A stretch of DNA of 20,054 nt. It comes from a virus (Duplodnaviria > Heunggongvirae > Uroviricota > Caudoviricetes). The stretch lies in the IMG/VR virus record IMGVR_UViG_2671180360_000015, positions 1 through 20,054 of that record. One strand, written 5' to 3'. This document shows, piece after piece, positions 9,723 to 17,044 of this stretch; position 1 is the stretch's first letter, and every line of letters begins with the position of its first letter. Both the position numbers and the translations under genes were made by a program. The notes below the pieces were generated by a model. That model worked only from the letters and a program-made list of their open reading frames with translations, was not told where the DNA came from and searched no databases.

Positions 9723-10756
9723 TGAGTAAGAAAAAAGGGAAAACACCGCAGCCAGCGGTGAAAACAATGACTGCCAGCGCCCCGAAAATGGAAGCATTCA
9801 CCTTTGGTGAGCCGGTGCCGGTACTCGACCGCCGTGACATTCTGGATTACGTCGAGTGCATCAGTAACGGCAGATGGTATGAGCCACCGGTCAGCTTTAC
9901 CGGTCTGGCAAAAAGCCTGCGTGCTGCCGTGCATCACAGCTCACCAATTTACGTCAAACGCAATATTCTGGCCTCGACATTTATCCCGCATCCGTGGCTT
10001 TCTCAGCAGGATTTCAGCCGCTTTGTGCTGGATTTTCTGGTGTTCGGTAATGCGTTTCTGGAAAAGCGTTACAGCACTACCGGTAAGGTCATCAGACTGG
10101 AAACCTCACCGGCAAAATATACCCGCCGTGGGGTGGAGGAGGATGTTTACTGGTGGGTGCCGTCCTTCAACGAGCCGACACCTTTCACGCCCGGCTCCGT
10201 GTTTCACCTGCTGGAGCCGGATATTAATCAGGAGCTGTACGGCCTGCCGGAATATCTCAGCGCCCTTAACTCTGCCTGGCTGAATGAGTCGGCCACGCTG
10301 TTCCGCCGCAAGTATTACGAAAACGGCGCACATGCCGGATACATCATGTACGTCACTGATGCCGTGCAGGATCGCAACGATATCGAAATGCTTCGCGAAA
10401 ACATGGTTAAGTCGAAAGGCCGCAATAACTTTAAAAATCTGTTTCTCTATGCCCCACAGGGGAAAGCCGACGGCATTAAAATTATCCCGCTCAGTGAAGT
10501 GGCAACGAAGGACGATTTTTTTAATATCAAAAAAGCCAGCGCCGCTGACCTGCTGGACGCGCACCGCATCCCCTTTCAGTTGATGGGGGGCAAGCCGGAG
10601 AACGTCGGGTCGCTGGGTGATATTGAGAAAGTGGCAAAGGTCTTTGTCCGCAATGAGCTTATCCCGTTACAGGACAGGATCCGCGAGATAAACGGCTGGC
10701 TCGGTCAGGAGGTCATCCGCTTTAAAAACTACTCACTGGACACTGACAACGGCTGA
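9722..10756 (+). CDS. Q: Portal protein gpQ
   Basis: 344 aa as in P2 gpQ; followed by terminator and cos. Confidence 0.9.
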   Translation: MSKKKGKTPQPAVKTMTASAPKMEAFTFGEPVPVLDRRDILDYVECISNGRWYEPPVSFTGLAKSLRAAVHHSSPIYVKRNILASTFIPHPWLSQQDFSRFVLDFLVFGNAFLEKRYSTTGKVIRLETSPAKYTRRGVEEDVYWWVPSFNEPTPFTPGSVFHLLEPDINQELYGLPEYLSALNSAWLNESATLFRRKYYENGAHAGYIMYVTDAVQDRNDIEMLRENMVKSKGRNNFKNLFLYAPQGKADGIKIIPLSEVATKDDFFNIKKASAADLLDAHRIPFQLMGGKPENVGSLGDIEKVAKVFVRNELIPLQDRIREINGWLGQEVIRFKNYSLDTDNG

Positions 10757-10761
10757 ACATC

Positions 10762-10783
10762 GCCGCCTGCGGGCGGCTTTTTT
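10762..10783 (+). terminator. Rho-independent terminator downstream of Q
   Basis: GCCGCC-tgcg-GGCGGC stem-loop followed by TTTTTT, 6 nt after the Q stop. Confidence 0.6.
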
Positions 10784-10925
10784 ACAACCCGCCATCACGC
10801 CCTCACACGCTCACCACCGCACAAAACAGCCCGCAGACACACCAACGCCCCGGCTAACAATCTAAACGCCATCACGACGCGCTCAGACGCTGAAAAAATA
10901 AAATCAGCACCACCGCCAGCGCGCA

Positions 10926-10944
10926 GTGCTTTCCCCGCCTCGCC
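10926..10944. other. cos: cos site: 19-nt cohesive-end sequence of P2 (window minus strand reads GGCGAGGCGGGGAAAGCAC)
   Basis: Exact reverse complement of the recalled P2 19-nt cohesive end; about 190 bp to the left (10757..10944) also matches the recalled P2 left-end sequence; position between Q and the old/tin-equivalent locus. Confidence 0.8.
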
Positions 10945-11104
10945 CGCCCGCTTCATGGGGCGGTTTTAATGCAGTTGCATTACCATACAGAAGTACTGCC
11001 ACGTCTGACAATTCATAGCTAGAATGTATAGCATATGTTGCATGCAAAATAATGCATATAAAGAATGCTTTTCACTCAATACTTCATCATACGATTTTGT
11101 TGGC

Positions 11105-11887
11105 TCATTTTAGAAGCCCTATTATAGCTGCAATCATACTTCCTACGCCGCCGACTGCTGCGAAAAAAGTAGCCCAAAACATTTTCTTCTGAGTACTCAA
11201 ATTCTCTCTGTACCGCACCTCATCTTTATTGAATGTAGATATTGTGTTCAGTGCCTTTCCTGTTGGCCTAAATCCACTACTTGTTTCAACAAGATCTCCA
11301 TTCTGAACAAGAGAATTCAGGCATAAACGAAGCTCTTTACGCATCCTGTTTTTATCGTCATGGTATACCCATAAACTACCAGCGACTTCGGTCATTATTG
11401 AAAACTCACTAAACACAGTTTGAGCATCCCATTCACGATACATTCTTATAATCGTTGAGAGAACAAACATCACATCAGTTATTTCTTTTTTTTGCTGTCG
11501 ATAAATATATTTTTCACGACTAAACTTTATATTTTCATAATTAGACTTTACTCTAAAGAACAACTCCCTTAAAAATGTTAAATCATTTAAAGAGTTAAAT
11601 CGCAACTCATGCGCACGGTAGTAGTAAACACCAAAAAAAGAATCAGGCGTAACCTCAGAAATATCCAAGCATGAACTTATATGAAATCTACGCTCCTCAT
11701 CATCCCATTTAAAAGCCTTTATCTTCCCATCAACCAAACAGTCAAAGAGGTATTCTGTATCATTTTTATCTTTAATATATACAGAGTACATATCATACTT
11801 AATCGCGTTTTCATATAACAAACTAATACGGCCATCATCTGGCGTTCTTTTCTTATCAAACTTCTTAAGTTGGTTTATAATTTTCAT
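11105..11887 (-). CDS. Hypothetical protein, 260 aa, soluble N-terminal domain with a single C-terminal TM anchor; candidate defence effector
   Basis: Long ORF in AT-rich DNA; C-terminal hydrophobic segment MFWATFFAAVGGVGSMIAAIIGLLK; no recognisable motif; weak SD. Confidence 0.65.
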   Translation of the reverse strand: MKIINQLKKFDKKRTPDDGRISLLYENAIKYDMYSVYIKDKNDTEYLFDCLVDGKIKAFKWDDEERRFHISSCLDISEVTPDSFFGVYYYRAHELRFNSLNDLTFLRELFFRVKSNYENIKFSREKYIYRQQKKEITDVMFVLSTIIRMYREWDAQTVFSEFSIMTEVAGSLWVYHDDKNRMRKELRLCLNSLVQNGDLVETSSGFRPTGKALNTISTFNKDEVRYRENLSTQKKMFWATFFAAVGGVGSMIAAIIGLLK

Positions 11888-11945
11888 AACATTCTCGCAG
11901 TGCTAATCTCATACGCAACAAATCTCGGTTCTGCCGCTCTAATAG

Positions 11946-11988
11946 TCAAAAAATGCCGACACCCAATTAAATATTCAGCGTCGGCATT
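11946..11988 (-). terminator. Terminator-like hairpin between the two cassette genes
   Basis: On the minus strand AATGCCGAC / GTCGGCATT 9-bp stem with 19-nt loop followed by a T-run, 9 nt after the upstream gene stop; loop is long for a canonical terminator. Confidence 0.35.
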
Positions 11989-11996
11989 GTAAGATA

Positions 11997-12770
11997 TCAA
12001 TTATCTATGATTGATATCACCTTACCAGTTTTTATATCAACACGCGCAGCAATCGTCTGTTTCACCACTCCGCCATAAGCATTAGTTCCGCGAAACGTGG
12101 TTTTCACAATGGCATGCGGGTCTTTATTCAAAACCAGATGATATACCGTTGATACATGTTTATAAGATGAATCATCGTTCATATTATCTTTAATTAGTTT
12201 TTCCAATGGACGATAAGAACCATCCCAACCACTAAAATTACTCTGAAATGTATCAAGATTGATTTTATTGTTTAGTGAATTCGGGTCATTTTCATAATCA
12301 TTAAAGCACCACCCAAGAACATCACCGAGTTTCAACTCATCATCTTTGGTAAATGTATATTCACTCATGCAGGCATAAAACGCATCTGACGCGGTGGCTG
12401 GAACTTCCTTAAAATCAATGTAACTATTCACAATATCGTGTCGTGTTTTCTTTGACTCGTTCCGATATTCCTTGAGTGTTTTTTCACCATATTCGAATGT
12501 TTTTTGGACTTTATGTTCTGCAACGGTTGATGTTTCAGTTTTATCAACTGGCTGGCTTTTTTCTGTTGGATAGAGTATTGAACCAATTATGCTCAATACA
12601 AAACCTCCTCCGAGATAAACCGCACTTGCACGTTTGCGGTTTGGCATTCGCACCAGTGATGGCTTGATTAACCCGATGAAGAAAGCAACGAAAAAAGCGA
12701 GTGATAGAAAAGCGATTATAGTATCCATAGCTATCCTTTTTGCATCATCCACATAAAAAATCGACCTCAT
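11997..12770 (-). CDS. Hypothetical membrane protein, 257 aa (243 aa from the start at 12728); two N-terminal TM helices and a ~180-aa C-terminal domain predicted to be periplasmic
   Basis: AT-rich ORF; TM1 TIIAFLSLAFFVAFFIGLI, basic loop RMPNRKRAS, TM2 AVYLGGGFVLSIIGSILY; the ATG at 12728 has the better SD (AAAGGAtagctATG). Confidence 0.65.
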   Translation of the reverse strand: MRSIFYVDDAKRIAMDTIIAFLSLAFFVAFFIGLIKPSLVRMPNRKRASAVYLGGGFVLSIIGSILYPTEKSQPVDKTETSTVAEHKVQKTFEYGEKTLKEYRNESKKTRHDIVNSYIDFKEVPATASDAFYACMSEYTFTKDDELKLGDVLGWCFNDYENDPNSLNNKINLDTFQSNFSGWDGSYRPLEKLIKDNMNDDSSYKHVSTVYHLVLNKDPHAIVKTTFRGTNAYGGVVKQTIAARVDIKTGKVISIIDN

Positions 12771-13157
12771 GTTAGCAACAGGATGCTTACTTTTGAATAT
12801 TTGTAAGTTGTTAGCTCTCCAACCTAACTCCTTTCAACCGTCAAAAACCGGCACCAACGCAGTAAAAATATGTCTGTCAACTAACGCCTCGCTACGCTCG
12901 TTGTTCAACCCCGCCAGCCCTGAAAACAAGTTTCACGACTGGCGGCGTTCTCTATCGTCTTCGTGGTGGTGGCGCAACTCTGGACTGACCGATATAGTTA
13001 AGCCGCCCGTAATTATCCCGAACTATTTCGGCACACCCGACCAGCTCATCGGGCGTCAGATTTTCGTTGACCATAATCCGCTGTAAACGCTGAACAATAG
13101 CCATCAGCTTGATATTTTTAGTTTTATGGTGCGGTATCTCGCCTGGTATTCTGTGCA

Positions 13158-13613
13158 TTATCCAAGCCACCCGTTTTGCTTTGCACGCTCCACCTGTTCA
13201 TCTGAATAGTTCCATATCCCATCCGCAGCAACCACTGCCCCGCCAGACAGCCCCGTCTCTGGTTCATACATAACAGCAAGGCCGAGCTGATGCATAATTT
13301 CATGATTAATTCTGAATACCAGACCACGTTCACTAAGTTCTTTCCAGTTCACAATCTTATATGCGCCCGTATTAAGCAGCTCAATACTTAGCAAGACATA
13401 ATCTTCCAGCCAGTCTGACAGGTCAGTAACATCTGTTATCCGGGCTTCAACCTTTCGCCCCGTAAACACACCCTGCACCCATTCATGCAAAATCAACGTG
13501 TCCCCGCGCTCATAATTACGGTCATTTTTCCGAAACTCTGCGCGTTTTTTTCCTTCCAGTACAAGGTCGAAATATTTTGCGTGCAGCTTTACCTCGTGAA
13601 TTTTTGCCATCAT
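13158..13613 (-). CDS. ASCH-like / DUF3850-type protein with C-terminal extension (151 aa)
   Basis: MAKIHEVKLHAKYFDLVLEGKKRAEFRKNDRNYERGDTLILHEW resembles the DUF3850/ASCH signature; start ATG overlaps the gpA stop (ATGA); occupies the P2 orf91 position. Confidence 0.7.
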   Translation of the reverse strand: MMAKIHEVKLHAKYFDLVLEGKKRAEFRKNDRNYERGDTLILHEWVQGVFTGRKVEARITDVTDLSDWLEDYVLLSIELLNTGAYKIVNWKELSERGLVFRINHEIMHQLGLAVMYEPETGLSGGAVVAADGIWNYSDEQVERAKQNGWLG

Positions 13614-15937
13614 GTCCACTCCATTACTGTTGAGAATCCCGGCCACTCATCAGCGACCGGATACGTGAATTTTTTCCCGTCATAATTTACGGTCGCGCCA
13701 CGCACCAGCGCCTCAAGCTCCCATCGTTGCGGCCTGATACCGTTCTGAGCGAGGTCAACGCGGATACGGGTAATTTGCAATCGTTCTGACCGGGTCAGTC
13801 TGGCCGATGGCGCTATTTCATGCGGTTTTAACGGGTTTCCGTTTCTTTGCTGACGGTTTGGTCTTCTCAGACCGTGTTTTAATGCGCTTCTGAGCGCCCT
13901 CACGACCTCCGGGTCATTCCATTCGATAACACCGTCATCAACCAGATTAAGCACTGCTGCGGCGTGCTCAGAAGGTGTGGGAGCCGGTAACGAAGCATCA
14001 CCACCGGTGAGCTTTCCACAGTTATTGACAGGACTCCGAGGCGCGGCGATGCCGCTTTTTAAAGTCAAAGGCTCAACGACCGGAACTTTCGGAACAATGC
14101 GCCAGTCCGTCGTTCTGGTGATATGAATATGACGCGCGCCGAGATGCGGCGCGTAAATGCCGACCACTCTCTCGACTTCTTCCTCGTACTCGTTAACGTC
14201 ATCCGACGGGCTACGGGCGACCCTGACAGTCTGACAATCGCGCGGGACATTTGCCCCACCCTGCGCGCTGATATACAACGCAAAATCACCACTGTCTGCG
14301 GCGGCGCGTGCAGCCTCGACGCGCTCGTCAAACTCATCAGCAATGCTGACGCCGCGCGGCAATTTGCGTAGTTCACGGTAAGCCCCCATTGTCGGCAGGC
14401 CAACCGTTTTAAATTGCGGGATGCGCCACGTTGACGCCCATGCGGTAACAGCCGCTGCAGTGTCTTTCAGCGGCCTGCCGGTGTCGTTATCGAGCTGACC
14501 ATCCAGTGCATAGCCGTCGATGTTTTTTGAAATGTATTTCGCGATATATCCCGCAGCACCGCCCCGGTTAAGGTGTTTTGCCTGAAAACGGTTTCGCGCG
14601 GCTCCTCTTTCGTCGCCATCCTCTTTGAGCGCATAGCGACGCATGATTTCGATAATCTGGTTACGCTGGCGTGAATTACAAAAAAGCATCATATGCCAGT
14701 GCGGCGTTCCGTCGTGGTGTGGCTCGACGACACGCAAACCGTAGACCTGTAAATCATTATCCTTGAATGCCGTGCGCATCAGGCTCCAGATACGGCAGAG
14801 ATAACGCTGCGCATCCTTTGGATTAAATGCCTCATCGTTCCAGCCGTGATTAAGCTGCACGGTTTTACTTTCGCCTTTTCCTACCTGACGTGTCGGGTGA
14901 TACTTTGACGGCGCGGTCAGCGTGATAAACATCCCCACATCACCCTCTGCAGCGGCGTAACGCTCAATACCGGCAATGGTGTTCATCAGCTCCATCCGGC
15001 GAATTTCAGGATTAGAAATACTGCCCATCACCTTACTGATAAGGTCGATGCGCTCGCCGGTTTCCCTGTTTTCAAGGTCACACGATTTAAGAAATTCCAG
15101 ATTTGCCTGGCGGCGCGCACGCACATCACGAATGGCGTGTTTACTGGCATAAGGAGAACGGTCTTTATTGACCTCCCCGACAGCTATCAGTAACGCTTCA
15201 TGCCAGCGCATACGCTGGCCTTTAAGCTGACTAATCCACCACTCATCGTTAAACAGGCGGGCAATGGCAGAATATGCCTGCCTCGTGGTCATCTGTCCTT
15301 TACGGTATTTTTTCCAGTAGAGCGGGGAAATATTGAAAGCACGTGCAGCGCCAGCAACATGACCATACAGATGTGCCTGCGCCTCATCCGTAAACAGCGA
15401 TTCTTTTTCACCATGCGCATCAACCCATGCATCGCAGAGTTCCTCATACATCATGAAAAGCTGCGATGAGATACGGGCGGCAAACTTTTTCAGCTCCTTG
15501 TCATTCATTCCAGGCAGGCGCGCATAGTGGTCACGCTCTGCCAGAAACAGCAACGACGCGTCGGTGTTCATTTCATGGCGCTGATTCACGCGCTCAATGC
15601 GCGGCCATAAACGACGCTGAAAAGTGGATGTGAGGAAATAAAACCCGTGTACCGGACTTTTATTGCGCCGGATGTAGTCATAGCGTGAAGTAAACAGCGA
15701 GCGCAAAAAGTAAGGCAGGCGGTTAATCGTGGATAAAACACCTTGCACCTGACGCATCTCGTCACGTGTAAGGGGTCTTTCGCGCCCGACAGCCTCGCGT
15801 GGCGCGTTCCATGCATAAGCACCAGTAAACGCCTTACCGGTGCCTGCGGCAAATGCTGACGGAGGGACAAAACGCCCGGAGGCTTTAACGGCCATATGAG
15901 CCAAAAGCCTCAGAACAACGCTTGCTGAGTTGCTCAA
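13610..15937 (-). CDS. A: Replication initiation endonuclease gpA (rolling-circle initiator)
   Basis: HUH motif in EPHHDGTPHWHMMLF; start at MAVKASG (15895) would give 761 aa, the recalled P2 gpA length; longest ORF is 775 aa. Confidence 0.9.
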   Translation of the reverse strand: MSNSASVVLRLLAHMAVKASGRFVPPSAFAAGTGKAFTGAYAWNAPREAVGRERPLTRDEMRQVQGVLSTINRLPYFLRSLFTSRYDYIRRNKSPVHGFYFLTSTFQRRLWPRIERVNQRHEMNTDASLLFLAERDHYARLPGMNDKELKKFAARISSQLFMMYEELCDAWVDAHGEKESLFTDEAQAHLYGHVAGAARAFNISPLYWKKYRKGQMTTRQAYSAIARLFNDEWWISQLKGQRMRWHEALLIAVGEVNKDRSPYASKHAIRDVRARRQANLEFLKSCDLENRETGERIDLISKVMGSISNPEIRRMELMNTIAGIERYAAAEGDVGMFITLTAPSKYHPTRQVGKGESKTVQLNHGWNDEAFNPKDAQRYLCRIWSLMRTAFKDNDLQVYGLRVVEPHHDGTPHWHMMLFCNSRQRNQIIEIMRRYALKEDGDERGAARNRFQAKHLNRGGAAGYIAKYISKNIDGYALDGQLDNDTGRPLKDTAAAVTAWASTWRIPQFKTVGLPTMGAYRELRKLPRGVSIADEFDERVEAARAAADSGDFALYISAQGGANVPRDCQTVRVARSPSDDVNEYEEEVERVVGIYAPHLGARHIHITRTTDWRIVPKVPVVEPLTLKSGIAAPRSPVNNCGKLTGGDASLPAPTPSEHAAAVLNLVDDGVIEWNDPEVVRALRSALKHGLRRPNRQQRNGNPLKPHEIAPSARLTRSERLQITRIRVDLAQNGIRPQRWELEALVRGATVNYDGKKFTYPVADEWPGFSTVMEWT

Positions 15938-16160
15938 CCTGCGCGTTTAAATCAGCAAAAGACTTTGCGCTTCCGGTCAGAATATCGTGATGCATCAGGC
16001 CGGAAACGAGCTGGCTTAATTTCGGGTAATAACCAACCACCGCCAGCCACTCCTGACCGGCGTTTTTACCGCTTTCCGCTCTCTTTTTCTCGTGGAGAAT
16101 AAACTGGAAGCTGTCACTGGTAACCACATAACGTTCGCCAATTTCAATACGAATGCTCAT
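15885..16160 (-). CDS. Hypothetical early protein (91 aa)
   Basis: ORF in early operon; ATGA overlap with the upstream TraR-like gene; lies in the P2 orf80-83 region. Confidence 0.6.
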   Translation of the reverse strand: MSIRIEIGERYVVTSDSFQFILHEKKRAESGKNAGQEWLAVVGYYPKLSQLVSGLMHHDILTGSAKSFADLNAQVEQLSKRCSEAFGSYGR

Positions 16161-16381
16161 GCCATTCTCCGGTAATGTTTGTTTTTTGCTTCAAAGACTG
16201 ACTGACAGGAAACACAACGCGTGGCTGACGGATAAGCCGCACGACGGGCAGCAGGTATTAGCGCATCACACTCTTCGCAAACCAACGCAGAAACACCGCA
16301 ATGTTTTACCCTTGCCGCGTTAATCTGGCGCTCCAGTAATTCAGCCTGTTGTTCCTGAATAAAATCTACGTTGTCCGGCAT
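16157..16381 (-). CDS. TraR/DksA-family C4 zinc-finger protein (74 aa)
   Basis: Cys pairs CEECDALIPAARR ... RCVSCQ typical of TraR/DksA C4 zinc fingers; strong SD AAGGAG. Confidence 0.8.
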   Translation of the reverse strand: MPDNVDFIQEQQAELLERQINAARVKHCGVSALVCEECDALIPAARRAAYPSATRCVSCQSVFEAKNKHYRRMA

Positions 16382-16383
16382 TA

Positions 16384-16671
16384 TCAGCTCCTTTTATCGT
16401 TCAGTTTCTTAAATTCATCAGCGCAATAGCTGGCGATTTCTGTCATTAATTTCGTCAGTTCATCCACGGATGAAATTTGCTTATGAAATACAGCGCGTTT
16501 AACAAGTAAATTGACCACATCAGACAGGAGATTTAATTTATCCGCATAAATGGCTATAGTTGATTCCACCATATCCCCAGTGTTTTTATCGCGTTTAATA
16601 TCAGCTAGCGACAAATCACCATTTTTCATGACTGAAATCTTCAGCCAGTTATTAAGCAATATATTTTTCAT
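16384..16671 (-). CDS. Hypothetical protein (95 aa), AT-rich
   Basis: ORF with ATGA overlap to the upstream gene; roughly 40% GC against about 55% backbone. Confidence 0.55.
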   Translation of the reverse strand: MKNILLNNWLKISVMKNGDLSLADIKRDKNTGDMVESTIAIYADKLNLLSDVVNLLVKRAVFHKQISSVDELTKLMTEIASYCADEFKKLNDKRS

Positions 16672-16913
16672 TCGCTATATGCCCTCTCCGCAGAATCAAT
16701 CATTTCCCGGCCATTATCGGTAATACAGAAACCTTCTCTTGATTTGGTCACAAGCCCCCATTTCCCCATTGCTATAAATGCTTTTTCCACACGACTAGGA
16801 CAGGAGCGGAAGACATCGCTTGAAGGATGTAGTGGAGTCTTGTCATCTAATTTTTTAAGTAATGAAAGTTGATAATCTGTTAAGCGTTTCCTGAACCATT
16901 TTGTATTTGTCAT
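16668..16913 (-). CDS. Hypothetical protein (81 aa from the ATG at 16913), AT-rich
   Basis: ORF in early operon; the track's longer form begins with TTG at 16919. Confidence 0.55.
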   Translation of the reverse strand: MTNTKWFRKRLTDYQLSLLKKLDDKTPLHPSSDVFRSCPSRVEKAFIAMGKWGLVTKSREGFCITDNGREMIDSAERAYSE

Positions 16914-17044
16914 CTCCAACTTCCCTGTTATTTATTGAGTCCTAGATTATGGAATTTGGCAGACTCCTGACTGAGCAACTCGACTATCTCCAGGCAAAAA
17001 GAAGCCCCGCACGATTAAGTGCGTTAAAAACTTTGGTTAATTAC

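Noticed and set aside
7977-10564. Minus-strand and alternative-frame ORFs inside P and Q (e.g. 7977..8687, 9201..9650, 10106..10564)
   Set aside because: Fully contained within the terminase and portal genes on the opposite strand or another frame; no independent support.
11105-12770. Possibility that the cassette encodes P2 Tin or Old
   Set aside because: Tin is of similar size (about 253 aa from memory) but is a soluble protein that binds T4 gp32, whereas both cassette proteins carry TM segments; Old is about 586 aa with ATPase motifs absent here. Rejected on architecture, not verified by alignment.
12769-13170. ORFs 12769..13086 (+) and 12952..13170 (-) in the spacer upstream of the cassette
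   Set aside because: No SD; the minus-strand ORF starts at GTG overlapping the DUF3850-like gene end; low-complexity tails (SSSWWWR, APPPRRR). Possibly remnants, not called as genes.
13124-13685. ORFs 13124..13333 (-) and 13485..13685 (+)
   Set aside because: Embedded in or antisense to the DUF3850-like gene and the end of A.
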